Part shown: positions 9,569-20,442 of the stretch, one piece after another
How positions within the stretch are numbered: position 1 is the stretch's first letter
How the letters are laid out: the number at the start of each line of letters is the position of its first letter
Source of the DNA: a virus
Length of the DNA: 64,000 nucleotides
IMG/VR virus record: IMGVR_UViG_3300033149_006617
Coordinates: 3,756-67,755 of that record
Reading direction: 5' to 3' (one strand)
Notes under the pieces: model-generated
Databases searched by the model: none
Seen by the model: the letters and a program-made list of their open reading frames with translations, nothing else
What the model was told of the DNA's origin: nothing
Made by a program: the position numbers and the translations under genes

Positions 9569-11551
9569 ATGCCCACTGTTGACCTTATAGGCAAAGTAAC
9601 AATTGTTCAGGGTGAAGCGGCGGACGAACTCAATAGGATCAGGGCGAAGCTAATAGCCCTCCAAAACGAATCTAAAAAATCTGGCAAAGAAAGTGCAGAG
9701 GCAGCTAAGAAGAGCACCTCTTCATGGGCATTTCTCCCTGGCAAATTGGGTATGGCTATCCGCCAGTTTATCCAATTGTGGGTAGTTATCCGGATGGTGC
9801 GGACGGTATTTGTGGCACTTACGGCTGTCTTTAGGGCTGGCTTAACTATCATAATTACTGAACTAAAGATTGTGTATGGGCTGTTCCAACGTATAACAAA
9901 AGGAACAATGGCCCTCACTGCGGCTATCGTCGGGCTTATGGGCTATACCATGAAATTGACCGGCGATATGGAGCAACTTAAGGTTATCATGCAGGCCACC
10001 TTTGGTGCCGAGGCCGGAAGAATGTGGACGGAATGGGCCGAGAAGATGACCCTCTCCACCCGCTTTATTTTGCCAGACCTCATTACGGGTATGATCCAAC
10101 TCGGTGGTATTCTAAAGAATATCAACATCAGGGCCACTGCTGAGGATTGGAAAGCCCTTATTGACCTGGCGACTGCTCGTGGCGTTGAATTTACAAGGAT
10201 CGCTATGGCAGCGGGTAGGTTTATAATTGGCAGGCCGCAACCAATGGCCGTCGCCGCTGGTATCACAACCTCCACCATTGCGCATGAACCAGGTGCTGTC
10301 TATAGGGAGAAAGCAACCGGTGAACGAACCCTCTTATATACCCCTGAGGCGATGAAGCAAAATTGGAAGGTTCTTATGAACTTCATACGAAGGGAATATG
10401 GGGGCACTGCAGAGAGGATTAGGGGCACTTGGCAACAAGTATTATCCAATATGGCCGACCTGTGGGAAACATTCATTCGCACGTTGGGTGATACTACGTT
10501 CTTCAAGCCCATTAGAGACGCATTTAACCTCCTCCAGCAATATGGTGAGGAATACTATGGCAAGCCCATGAAGAAACTGGCTGAGGCATTAGCCCCTGCA
10601 TTCCAGCCATTTGTAACCCTTATTCAGGCATTAGCACTTACCATTAAATCCATATCTGGCGAAGAATTACTAAATATATTCAAGCGGATAGCGCAAGCGG
10701 TTGGCCCCATAATGACCAAAGTGGTAGGGGCTATTTGGCGGGCGTTCCAGTTTATTTATAATTGGGTAAAGTCGGCTGATTTTCAGGCGTTAGCACGTAG
10801 TTGGGTAAGTGCCCTACGGCCTGTGTTTGATCTCATCCTAGAGGTTTTCCGGCAAATCCCCAGCATGGTACGATTTTTGTTAGCCGCCACCAATACAATA
10901 GCAATGATGTTTTCAAAGAGTGGTAATTGGGAGGAAGTATTTGTTAACATTGCCAATGCGTTTAGAGATGTGCTTCCAATAGCAATTAACATTGCGAGGG
11001 CATTAGTAGGCGGAGCTTATTACATCGTAGCGCTTCTTTCCCCAATTATCAGCCTTATTGCAAGGAAAAATATAATGGGGCTTGTCAATAGGCTGTATGA
11101 CAAACAAGTACAGCTCTTTGATAGAATGGATGCATTTGCCAAAAATCTACCCAAGTTCCAAGTTGGGACGCCTATCGGTGAAACATTATTGCAAGCCCTT
11201 CCTGCAGTACAAGCAATGGGGCCTATAGAGCGAAGACCTGGTGCTGAGGCAAAAGAATTTCTCCATACTCCTTGGGGGGCCCTCTCACGGGCATTGCCAA
11301 CGGGGAAAGGATATACTAAACCAATAATCCCTAAACTCCCCCCAGGAGGGGTTATTACATTAGGGACCAAGCTACCGCAAGAGGCAGCACCAATTACAAT
11401 CAACATCAACGGCCAGAGAATGACCCCTGAGGAAATAGGTCAAGCAGTGACCAATGCTCTTAGGAAGTATGAGCAAAGCAATAAGCGCCAGCAAGAGGTC
11501 GGAGCGACGAATCCGTTGGGACTTACCCCTCAGTATTATGGAGTCAGATAA
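9569..11551 (+). CDS. Tape measure protein
   Basis: 660 aa, helical, Ala/Ile-rich; 'YGGTAERIRGTWQQVLSNMADLW' tape-measure motif; synteny. Confidence 0.8.
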   Translation: MPTVDLIGKVTIVQGEAADELNRIRAKLIALQNESKKSGKESAEAAKKSTSSWAFLPGKLGMAIRQFIQLWVVIRMVRTVFVALTAVFRAGLTIIITELKIVYGLFQRITKGTMALTAAIVGLMGYTMKLTGDMEQLKVIMQATFGAEAGRMWTEWAEKMTLSTRFILPDLITGMIQLGGILKNINIRATAEDWKALIDLATARGVEFTRIAMAAGRFIIGRPQPMAVAAGITTSTIAHEPGAVYREKATGERTLLYTPEAMKQNWKVLMNFIRREYGGTAERIRGTWQQVLSNMADLWETFIRTLGDTTFFKPIRDAFNLLQQYGEEYYGKPMKKLAEALAPAFQPFVTLIQALALTIKSISGEELLNIFKRIAQAVGPIMTKVVGAIWRAFQFIYNWVKSADFQALARSWVSALRPVFDLILEVFRQIPSMVRFLLAATNTIAMMFSKSGNWEEVFVNIANAFRDVLPIAINIARALVGGAYYIVALLSPIISLIARKNIMGLVNRLYDKQVQLFDRMDAFAKNLPKFQVGTPIGETLLQALPAVQAMGPIERRPGAEAKEFLHTPWGALSRALPTGKGYTKPIIPKLPPGGVITLGTKLPQEAAPITININGQRMTPEEIGQAVTNALRKYEQSNKRQQEVGATNPLGLTPQYYGVR

Positions 11552-11554
11552 TTC

Positions 11555-12424
11555 ATGAAACGGGTACTAGTAGCTGGCGACGTGATGCTTGATAAATATA
11601 CATTTGTAGCCGACAATGGGAGGTCGGCAGAGGCCCCCATTCTTTGTTGGCGCGAAATTGACGAGCCTAAATATTTCCTAGGCGGTGCGGCAAATGTCGC
11701 GTATCATCTGGCTCAATCCGGAATGGATGTATCCCTGCTTGGGACGATAGGACGCGATGACGAAGGGGTGTTGGTAGAAAATATATGCAATGAGAACGGC
11801 ATCCAGCCGTTTCTGGTTAGGGTTGATGGTAGACCAACGACTCTGAAGCACAGAATAATGCACTCTCACCGGCAACTTATACGCATAGATAGGGAATCGC
11901 GGGGGGCCGTAGATGATACCACCATAGAAATATTGACGGGGCTTCTGGGTGGTATAGAAGTTGACGGCATAGTAATAGCAGATCATGCGAAGGGGATGTT
12001 GGTGCCTCCTTTGTGCGCGAAAATTTCCGCGATGGGAGAAGGCATACCTATCATCCTAGATCCCCATCCCAACGGCTATCGTGATTGGGAATACCTAACC
12101 GGTATAACACCCAATATAGGAGAGGCAGAGTTGATAGTAGGGCGGCATGATGTGGATTACATGGCCAACGCCCTGCGTAGCATATATAAGACCGATTCCG
12201 TATTGATTACGATGAGTGAAAAAGGCGCATATTATCTGGATGGGCACACTGAGTGCCAAATCCAGGCTCCACAAGTAGTTACTGTTGATGTATGTGGGGC
12301 AGGGGATTTTTTGGTGGCTACTTGGATGGCGAAAATTTTAGATGGGCTCCTACTTTTGGATGCCGCAAAAATCGCGGTAGAAAAGGCATCAAAATCAACC
12401 GGAATATATCGCTTCCAAAGGTAA
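11555..12424 (+). CDS. hldA: D-glycero-D-manno-heptose-7-phosphate kinase (HldE/RfaE kinase domain, PfkB family)
   Basis: VLVAGDVMLDKY, SAEAPI, LGGAANVA, PTTLKHRI, QLIRIDRE, TPN..EA, DVCGAGD. Confidence 0.85.
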   Translation: MKRVLVAGDVMLDKYTFVADNGRSAEAPILCWREIDEPKYFLGGAANVAYHLAQSGMDVSLLGTIGRDDEGVLVENICNENGIQPFLVRVDGRPTTLKHRIMHSHRQLIRIDRESRGAVDDTTIEILTGLLGGIEVDGIVIADHAKGMLVPPLCAKISAMGEGIPIILDPHPNGYRDWEYLTGITPNIGEAELIVGRHDVDYMANALRSIYKTDSVLITMSEKGAYYLDGHTECQIQAPQVVTVDVCGAGDFLVATWMAKILDGLLLLDAAKIAVEKASKSTGIYRFQR

Positions 12425-12430
12425 ATAATA

Positions 12431-15400
12431 ATGGCAACAGTTTACGGGCCGTGGTGTAAGACTAACTTGGTGGTAAATCCATCATGCTCCCTTACATTAC
12501 GCCAATACAATCCCGAGGACCCGCATGGCCGTCACACGCAACAAGTGCTCTCAGTAACATTTGATTGTGGGTATGGTTGGCGTGCGACTTGGCGTTGTGA
12601 ATGGCGCTTGCAGCCAATGCCCCCATTCCAGACGGAATTATATCAATACTGGCGGTTGGGCTATTGGTGGGCAACGGAGGAATGGTTTGTCGAGCATGAA
12701 AGCATAACCAGCCCTGCACCCGATTCCGCGACTACCGAATTCTCTGCATGGTTTAACGGAATTATCATACAAAAGAGGGGCTTGGAAAATGCTGTCCGTG
12801 GCGATGCTGGGATCCAACATCCCGATGAGTTGGATATAGAGTATCGTTATTTGGCCGAAGCAGATTCGGTAACGACCACGGCCACATTTGGTCCACTAAG
12901 CGGATATAGGGGAATTGGCCAAGCATTTGGCGATGATGTTTCATTTGACAACCCAACATTATCCTTGGATTATGCCCGCGAATCTGTTAACGAGGGGTAT
13001 GGTAGCGGGGTATTCAATGACATCAAAATTAATGGTGACGACGCTCCATGCTATGGATTAGATAATCCTCACGAATATGGTTCTGGGAATAGCATCTATG
13101 TTGGCCAAAACAATCCGCCAGCATCCCCTGACGGGGGGTGGAGCGGCTGGATATGGCCTCCTTATAAGGTTCATTATTACGGTATGCCGGTGCACATGTG
13201 GGACGACGATTATACAACTGCGCAGATAAGGGACGCATTGTATTCAATGCACAATCACGATGAGAATGAGTTGTTTGGGGATCCTCTTTGGGCCGGAGAT
13301 TTTGACGGTAAATCATGGGAGATTTGGAACAGAAGTTGGGGGGCCTACCCAGAGGATTATGATGACTTTACATCCGACCCAACGTTGTGGTTCAATCTTC
13401 ACCCTGCATGGCTATTGGGCACCCTCGAGAAGAATTTGGACGATAGAATAGTTTGTGATGAATATCCATTGGATAACTTTGATCCCGCCGATGGCCGTTT
13501 CAAGGCAATCGTATGGGATCATAAGCCCGAATTGGAAGTACACTACCCAGATGGCCATCAACCTACACCTTGGGTTGGGTCAACGGGAATAGATGTTACC
13601 AACGATGGGGCCACTACTTACATAGAAGCATTTGGTCCAGGCTATGTAGAGCGGACGCTTAGGTCATATTATTTCACACGGTTGGATTTCAACCCCGATG
13701 AAGGACCCCCTTACCCTTGGGATTATGTTGACTGGAAATTCCACAATGGGGAGACTTACGAAGGATCGGGCATCTACTATACCGATGAGGATGTATTCAA
13801 TTACAGTAATTATTCCTATCTAGTCATCAACATGAAAGCCAATTGGAGCGGGAGTGCTCTAAGTAGGGATTGGTACTTTCAGATTTACTATTATGACCTA
13901 ACCATTAATGACAATCATCTTACGGGTGGAAGGGATTTTTCCTATAGCGTTACACCGAGGGTAGTGACATATACAATATCCGTTGACTACGATGAAAGAA
14001 GCACATCGGTGGATAAGGTTATAGACCTTGCTTTTCCCGCCGAAAAATATCTCCCCCGCCTGTACCACGTCTACAAGCTGAGGATAAGCAACTTGGTGAA
14101 TGGGGACACAATTCAGTTCAACAGCATTAAGCTGACGAGATATAATCCGGCCACCAACAAGTTCGGGGAAGATACCAATAGTGTAGAGATGGGGATTGTC
14201 TTTCCAGATTCCTATCCTGGGGATGAGGATGACCATTTTTCCGTTGCTACTACCGTTGACGGTGTGCTCACATTCGACCGTAGTACAGATAACGTGGGTC
14301 AAAATGGCGTAGAGAAAGGGCTTCCGCATGTATATTACCTGGAGGGGGCTGCCAGCGGGTTGGACCTCTCCACCGAGCAGACTCTTGATGACTTTGCGGA
14401 ACAACTAAGCCGCCAAGAAGGATTTTCCGCGCAGAAAGTAGCCTCCATAAGTGACAATGGGGGGCCATTAAAAGATAGCGATGGGAATTCACTGCAACCT
14501 GAATATTGGTGCTTGCTCCAGGAAACAGTAGGCACACAGGGTACAACGCTGTATGCCTGCCCTAAGGCAAGAACAATTAAATTAGCCGCAGGAATGACCT
14601 ATTACGCCCGCCCCAGAAAAATACTCCGAGGTGGCATCCAAGGATTGGCATATTATGGTGATAATGAGCAACGGGCCAGGGCCAATCTCAGGGTAAATGC
14701 CTATCGTTGTGAAGATGATGCTAAGGGAGATATATTAGAGGACTATGCCATTACCAATGAATGGGGTCATTTTATAGTTAGAAGGCTATATGAAACCCAG
14801 ACCTATGCCCTTTTAGGCGCAGGCGACCCTACAGCCTGCCTTGATATACGGAATGTGGAGACCAATTGGCGTAATGTACCTGTCTCTGGGATTTCTAATC
14901 CTGTATTGGTACAGTTAAGAGAAGGGCCTGTGGTGCTGTTTTATCTTTCCGGCGGCGATATTTGGTCTGTGATGCAAACTACGCCGCCTCTGGATTTCAG
15001 CAATAGCATGCAACATACAACTTATGGGGACGTGCAAAACATAGATGCAATAGCCACTAATGATGGTAAGATTTGTGTGGCATTTGATAGGGGAGGCACA
15101 ATATATTTCCTCTTTCTGGAATCAGCAAGCAGACGGACTATAGGAGGAATAAAAACCGTGAAGGAAAATTGGACAAAGCCAGCATTGTTGGATCACATGG
15201 GGATATTATTCCTTGCTGGAATAGACGACCCTGACGTAAAGCTGACAAGATTGCATTCTTATGGCTCCGGCCAATTGCCATTTTCAGATGGTTCGTATGA
15301 TAGAACGATAGTGGACGGGGAAGATGTGGATATAATCGGCCTTTCAGGCTATGGCAATTATCTGGAAGTTGCGGTGCAAACCGCAGGTGGGATTGCAATA

Positions 15401-15454
15401 TATTGCTCTGCAGACCTTGGCGAGACTTGGGTACAGAAGCAAGTGGTGACTTAG
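12431..15454 (+). CDS. Large virion/tail-tip protein
   Basis: 1007 aa, aromatic/Gly/Asp-rich beta protein downstream of the tape measure. Confidence 0.55.
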   Translation: MATVYGPWCKTNLVVNPSCSLTLRQYNPEDPHGRHTQQVLSVTFDCGYGWRATWRCEWRLQPMPPFQTELYQYWRLGYWWATEEWFVEHESITSPAPDSATTEFSAWFNGIIIQKRGLENAVRGDAGIQHPDELDIEYRYLAEADSVTTTATFGPLSGYRGIGQAFGDDVSFDNPTLSLDYARESVNEGYGSGVFNDIKINGDDAPCYGLDNPHEYGSGNSIYVGQNNPPASPDGGWSGWIWPPYKVHYYGMPVHMWDDDYTTAQIRDALYSMHNHDENELFGDPLWAGDFDGKSWEIWNRSWGAYPEDYDDFTSDPTLWFNLHPAWLLGTLEKNLDDRIVCDEYPLDNFDPADGRFKAIVWDHKPELEVHYPDGHQPTPWVGSTGIDVTNDGATTYIEAFGPGYVERTLRSYYFTRLDFNPDEGPPYPWDYVDWKFHNGETYEGSGIYYTDEDVFNYSNYSYLVINMKANWSGSALSRDWYFQIYYYDLTINDNHLTGGRDFSYSVTPRVVTYTISVDYDERSTSVDKVIDLAFPAEKYLPRLYHVYKLRISNLVNGDTIQFNSIKLTRYNPATNKFGEDTNSVEMGIVFPDSYPGDEDDHFSVATTVDGVLTFDRSTDNVGQNGVEKGLPHVYYLEGAASGLDLSTEQTLDDFAEQLSRQEGFSAQKVASISDNGGPLKDSDGNSLQPEYWCLLQETVGTQGTTLYACPKARTIKLAAGMTYYARPRKILRGGIQGLAYYGDNEQRARANLRVNAYRCEDDAKGDILEDYAITNEWGHFIVRRLYETQTYALLGAGDPTACLDIRNVETNWRNVPVSGISNPVLVQLREGPVVLFYLSGGDIWSVMQTTPPLDFSNSMQHTTYGDVQNIDAIATNDGKICVAFDRGGTIYFLFLESASRRTIGGIKTVKENWTKPALLDHMGILFLAGIDDPDVKLTRLHSYGSGQLPFSDGSYDRTIVDGEDVDIIGLSGYGNYLEVAVQTAGGIAIYCSADLGETWVQKQVVT

Positions 15455-15455
15455 G

Positions 15456-18131
15456 ATGGCTACTATCTCAAGAGGAACGGTTAGGATATGGGATGCCGGT
15501 AGAACATACAAGCCGCTTGGTGGGGGAATAGGCAAATACGTCCGCCTGCAGGATGAATTAAGGACCGAAAAACTCCAACAAGAGGAAAATGATGATGCCA
15601 GCCAGTTCCTCCAACGATATATAAGAGCAAACGAGATATATCCCACTGAGGACTACGCCAGTATTTATGGCTTGGCAGAAAATTGGATTAGTGCAGGAAT
15701 ACTATCGAGTATGAGGCTTAGCGATGATCCTGAATTTTATGTATGTAGGCCATTTGTGAACCAAAGCCAGAATGTGGATGTTGATAGGTTTGATTACTAC
15801 GTAGATGGTGAACAAGTAACCTATATAGGGGATTCGTCATCCCCTACTCTAAGGCAATGTATTCTTCCTCTTCCTGGCGAATTTGTTGGGGACAATCCGA
15901 TCTCGGTAGCATCGGTCGTGCAGGATACCAGTGTTGGGGATAGTGCAGAAGAGGAGGGGGAAGAATATGGGGGGGAAGAAGGAGATTTGGCAGAGACCTA
16001 CAGCCTATCGGCATTAGGGTCATTATCACATGTGAAAACTAAATTTGTATTACCTCCCGACCCCACCATCATAATGCAACTTCACCTTGGGGCTCCCCCT
16101 GCAAATGTAAACGACGAGCAGGGCATGGCATGGTTCGCTACCCCGCCATCGTTCGAGATATGTTTTGGTGGTGAAAGCCCAGGCAACTATGAGATGCCGG
16201 AGTATTCACTATACTTCACCCCTAGTGGTGGTAGCGGGTATGAAAGTAGCCTTTATTGGCACAATAATGCCACTAACGAATGGAAGAAACTCGAACCGGA
16301 ACGAGGTTCGGCCCTGAAATTTTCGCAGGGGAAAAAGGCGCAAATGCAATCCACATGGTTATACATAACAAGAGTGGGGGACTTTATTGTCATTGCCGAT
16401 AATTATGATTATAAGGATGCGGCTGTTTATAGAATACCCATCAGTGATGATGCTTCTTGGCACCCTGTGATTCTGGAGGGAAAATTGCATATTGTAGCAC
16501 GAGGCATACCATACATATTTTCGCTATATGCCACCAAAATGGTGTATGCCCAAGTGCAGTCCCCTTATTACTATACGGGATACAGCCTGTCAAATTCAGG
16601 TTATGATTCGGATAACCCATTCTTCACTAATTGCTATGGCCTGGCAGTACAACTCTATGACGACGCCACGGGCGAGCCGACTATGACGCTAAAAGTACCG
16701 CAGATAAGCATCAAGGCTAAGGAGGATACCCAGGTTGCTTGGGTGCTCACACTCAATCCTCACACATGGTATTGCAGAACTTATGGGGCAAAACCCACCG
16801 TGGCACAAGATGGGCCGGTCCAGGATAGTGTAGAGCCCATCCTAATGGATACATCACCTCAGGCCGCAACAGTCAACATTTGGCAATATATGAAGTTCGA
16901 GGTTGAATCCAGAGGTTACTCAGACCATCAAACGGACATCAAGGCTTACCAGGGGGCTCATAGTAGGGATAGAGGAGCAGATTATGGCATATGGATGGAC
17001 AATATGTTAGGGCAAGTGGCTGATTTCAAGGACGGAACATGCATCCAGATATACGTTGGCGATGCCCCAGGGCCTTATTCGACGCTATTGGCTACATTAT
17101 ACACCGTCCAGAATAATCCCAGTCTGGTGGATGGTTCATTAGAAATACATGCCGTTGACGGATATGCCAAGCTGTCTGCCACTAAGAATTTTGGTTTTTG
17201 GCCCTGTTTTGATGGCTGGAAGGAGGCCGATGTCATCCGTTTCCTGGCAGGTTGCGCATATCTAGGCTTCCCTGTCTACACCAAACCTGAATTAGACCCA
17301 TCTGAATATGTTCAATATCAGCTCAGCCTTGAGGATATATCTGGCGAATGGGGCACTGATCTCGGCAGGATTCCGGTAGGGAAGCCTGGGAAGGAGCGAT
17401 TGATGCCCGACGAGGGCAAGAATGCCCTCGATGTGATGCGCCAGGCTGTGAAGATGGGCTCTGGAGCCGAAATATGGTTTGATGAAAATGATATTTTGCA
17501 TACGGGGTGCCCATTTTGCCGCGAAAAAAGGACCCAAGATAATTACATTTACCACAATGGTACGATGTGGACAGGTGCTGTAGCAGGCAAGCCCCAATCG
17601 CTATGTAACAATACTGTCGTGAGGAATTTTTGGTCTAGGCACAGCGTGCGGCCCGCTCCTACCAATGAAGGTTGGATACATGCAGCGGCCTCACCAAGGA
17701 TGAGCGTAAGCTCTTATGAGATGGCTAATCGTATTTCGATCAAGAGCACGTCACCTGACGGCACTACTATGACCGTCCATTACGTGGATTACGCATCATT
17801 GCACGACCCCACCTCTACTAGATATAAGGGGTATCCAGTTGACTACGTTGAGGACTACAACGTGGCCACTAATTACCAACAGTTGGTACAATATGCCCAG
17901 ATAAAAATCTGGGAATTGACCCATCCATCTGAGTACATACAACTGACTACCCCCCTTGACGAAGACATAAAAATTGGAGATGTGATAAAGGTATATGGGG
18001 CTGAGCCATTGAACGCCAACGAGAAATATTATCGTGTTGAATCGGTCCATCACGAGTTCAATATCAGAACATTACGCAATCCACGGACCACAATTACCGC
18101 TAAGAGAATACTGGAGGATTCCGATGCCTGA
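15456..18131 (+). CDS. Tail-tip/baseplate hub-like protein
   Basis: 891 aa; 'IWFDENDILH' and C-terminal 'IKIGDVIKV...YRVESVHHEF' OB-like hub signature. Confidence 0.6.
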   Translation: MATISRGTVRIWDAGRTYKPLGGGIGKYVRLQDELRTEKLQQEENDDASQFLQRYIRANEIYPTEDYASIYGLAENWISAGILSSMRLSDDPEFYVCRPFVNQSQNVDVDRFDYYVDGEQVTYIGDSSSPTLRQCILPLPGEFVGDNPISVASVVQDTSVGDSAEEEGEEYGGEEGDLAETYSLSALGSLSHVKTKFVLPPDPTIIMQLHLGAPPANVNDEQGMAWFATPPSFEICFGGESPGNYEMPEYSLYFTPSGGSGYESSLYWHNNATNEWKKLEPERGSALKFSQGKKAQMQSTWLYITRVGDFIVIADNYDYKDAAVYRIPISDDASWHPVILEGKLHIVARGIPYIFSLYATKMVYAQVQSPYYYTGYSLSNSGYDSDNPFFTNCYGLAVQLYDDATGEPTMTLKVPQISIKAKEDTQVAWVLTLNPHTWYCRTYGAKPTVAQDGPVQDSVEPILMDTSPQAATVNIWQYMKFEVESRGYSDHQTDIKAYQGAHSRDRGADYGIWMDNMLGQVADFKDGTCIQIYVGDAPGPYSTLLATLYTVQNNPSLVDGSLEIHAVDGYAKLSATKNFGFWPCFDGWKEADVIRFLAGCAYLGFPVYTKPELDPSEYVQYQLSLEDISGEWGTDLGRIPVGKPGKERLMPDEGKNALDVMRQAVKMGSGAEIWFDENDILHTGCPFCREKRTQDNYIYHNGTMWTGAVAGKPQSLCNNTVVRNFWSRHSVRPAPTNEGWIHAAASPRMSVSSYEMANRISIKSTSPDGTTMTVHYVDYASLHDPTSTRYKGYPVDYVEDYNVATNYQQLVQYAQIKIWELTHPSEYIQLTTPLDEDIKIGDVIKVYGAEPLNANEKYYRVESVHHEFNIRTLRNPRTTITAKRILEDSDA

Positions 18132-18360
18132 CCCTAGGATAATGAATGTAAATGCCAACCCTTTAGTGCCGCAGGAGGGCAGTGCCATCGTAGTCCCTCT
18201 CAATAAGATAACGTATGATGGTACGTCCTTTTCCGAGTATGTTTATTGGAGGTTGGGGCGCATTTCATTCGGCGAAAATCCACGCCTGATGGACATGCCC
18301 CGCAAAGTCCCCGTCAGAACCGGTATAAAATTGTTCTTTAGCACGCCGACTGTCACATAG
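18124..18360 (+). CDS. Small hypothetical virion protein
   Basis: ATG overlaps the upstream gene end; operon context. Confidence 0.45.
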   Translation: MPDPRIMNVNANPLVPQEGSAIVVPLNKITYDGTSFSEYVYWRLGRISFGENPRLMDMPRKVPVRTGIKLFFSTPTVT

Positions 18361-18372
18361 AGGTGAAATACA

Positions 18373-19293
18373 ATGGCCACACCAACTCCAAATTATGCAA
18401 TGCAGGTTGACCATGTAAATGATGATATAGTTACTCCAACCGAGTTTGATAAGGTGAGGAGGATTGTTGATAATGTATTAGGCGAATTCCTCCAAAATCT
18501 GTTTGCCGACGGAGTAATTTCCGGCTGGACGATTGCAGCCACTGGCACAATTGATGCTGGCTCTGGGATGATTGATGGGGCCTATTGCAGAACCACTGCC
18601 GTTGAGACCACTTTGGCAGAGGGATTGGACGCCAGCGAGACCGATATAACCGTCACCGACGGCTCTGCTTATTATGCCGATGTGGTGTTCAGGATAGATT
18701 CGGAATTATTCCACGTAACTGACGTGAACGGAAACACACTCACAGTGGAAAGAGGATACCGAGGCACAACGGCCACAACACACTCCAATGGTGCTACGTT
18801 GAGTTATGTGGGCCATCATATTTCCAATATCTCCCCAGGCGCGAAAAATTACATATATGGTCATAAGATTGATTCATCCGCTACTTATGGGAGACCATCG
18901 TTCCGCGCCAACACTACCGGCACGAAAGCAAGTGGGGACATCTATCTTGGCTATGGTGCTGCAGATGCTAATGGAAACTTATCGGATATTGTCTGCAGTA
19001 GCCTCGATGGCTATGCTGACCGGAATTGCTACCCGTTCGAGATACTAATGATTTCCGGCACCGGCGAAGTGGCCCCGATCCCAGCCGGTACGTATGTTGA
19101 TATTACAATTGACCACTCTGCAATACAGTCGTTCAAATTATTCGGGAAGATAGAGGTAACTGTAAACGAACCCGACTTTAGTGTGGAGTATCCTTATTAT
19201 CCCACTGAGACCTCATTCAAGGTTAGGATAACCAACAATGGTTCCTATAGTGGGAATGTTACATATTCATGGGTTCGGAGAGGCAACATATAA
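18373..19293 (+). CDS. Tail fibre/minor tail protein
   Basis: 'DGVISGW' N-terminus; internal 'TTLAEGLDASETDITV...NTLTVERGYRGTTATTHSNGA' phage beta domain. Confidence 0.6.
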   Translation: MATPTPNYAMQVDHVNDDIVTPTEFDKVRRIVDNVLGEFLQNLFADGVISGWTIAATGTIDAGSGMIDGAYCRTTAVETTLAEGLDASETDITVTDGSAYYADVVFRIDSELFHVTDVNGNTLTVERGYRGTTATTHSNGATLSYVGHHISNISPGAKNYIYGHKIDSSATYGRPSFRANTTGTKASGDIYLGYGAADANGNLSDIVCSSLDGYADRNCYPFEILMISGTGEVAPIPAGTYVDITIDHSAIQSFKLFGKIEVTVNEPDFSVEYPYYPTETSFKVRITNNGSYSGNVTYSWVRRGNI

Positions 19294-19302
19294 AGGAGAA
19301 CG

Positions 19303-20391
19303 ATGATGAGACCACAGATAAATATAACCACTGCAAATATCGTTAGGGATAACGAAGGAAACATTATATTCAAGCAACAAGTTGCTCCTATTTTTCAGCC
19401 TAAAAAAATGAATATATTGTTAGACCCAGCAACTGCAAATGGCACTGTGGGGATAGTAAGAAATGCCGGTCTAGGAGATATTCTAATGATTACTCCTGCT
19501 ATAAAGGCGCTCAAGAAACGCAGGCCGGATTTAGAAATTGATTATTGGGTTCCCCCCTATCACATAGGGCTGTTGGACCATAATCCATATTGCAATGGGA
19601 AGGCCCTCTCTGAGGGGATGGCACTCCCACCTGATAATGTATGTGATGAGTATGATCATTTCTGTATATTGAATAATTATGTTGAGATGCACCAATTGAA
19701 CTTTACCATTCCCAGGCCGGATTTATTTGCGATGGCATTAGGGGTAACAATTGAGGATACCACTCCTCTTTATTACATAGAGGAATCGGAAAGGGATTGG
19801 GCGTTAGGATGGCTTTTAAGCCAAGGGCTCGATCCTAACAAGAAAACAGTGGGTATTTGTGGGCGCGGAATTTGGTTCTGGCGCTCGTGGCCCATTCGTC
19901 ACATAAAAACCGCTACACTTATGCTCGTTGACGATTATAACGTTGTCATAACAGACCATAACAACCAATTTGATATAGGCGTTCCAGGGCCTATTTATGC
20001 TTGTGGATTTCCACTAAGGCAAATTGCAGCGATAATGAGCCATTTCGACGTTATGGTCAGTCCCGATTCTGGGATGTACCACCTGGCTGCTGCCCTTGGT
20101 GTTGATATGGTGGTATTGTTCAGCGCCATCAAGCCGGACTTACGGGTAAGCAAATATCATAACTTTACTGCAATCGCGGCGGGCTTGCCATGCCAGCCAT
20201 GCAACAGTGATGATGGAAGACTTATGGCTACATGCGGTGCCAAATGCATAACAGAACTAGACCCATCATTGGTTGTGGCTGAGATAAAGAGGAGATTGGA
20301 AGGAAAAGCCCAAGTAAAAGAATATGTCACGCAAGGGATGCAACTCCCAGGGTTTGTGGCTAGTGGTGAAAAATTTCGTGTAGTGGGTTGA
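19303..20391 (+). CDS. Glycosyltransferase family 9 (ADP-heptose heptosyltransferase-like)
   Basis: GLGDILMITPAIKALK, DSGMYHLAAALG..V.LF, CQPC motif. Confidence 0.88.
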   Translation: MMRPQINITTANIVRDNEGNIIFKQQVAPIFQPKKMNILLDPATANGTVGIVRNAGLGDILMITPAIKALKKRRPDLEIDYWVPPYHIGLLDHNPYCNGKALSEGMALPPDNVCDEYDHFCILNNYVEMHQLNFTIPRPDLFAMALGVTIEDTTPLYYIEESERDWALGWLLSQGLDPNKKTVGICGRGIWFWRSWPIRHIKTATLMLVDDYNVVITDHNNQFDIGVPGPIYACGFPLRQIAAIMSHFDVMVSPDSGMYHLAAALGVDMVVLFSAIKPDLRVSKYHNFTAIAAGLPCQPCNSDDGRLMATCGAKCITELDPSLVVAEIKRRLEGKAQVKEYVTQGMQLPGFVASGEKFRVVG

Positions 20392-20416
20392 CATTTTTGC
20401 CCAATTGGTGTATCAT
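20388..20416 (+). promoter_or_regulatory. Sigma70-type promoter for the lysis region
   Basis: TTGACA-17 nt-TATCAT. Confidence 0.65.
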
Positions 20417-20442
20417 AATAGCGGGGCAGAGGTGAATTTCAA

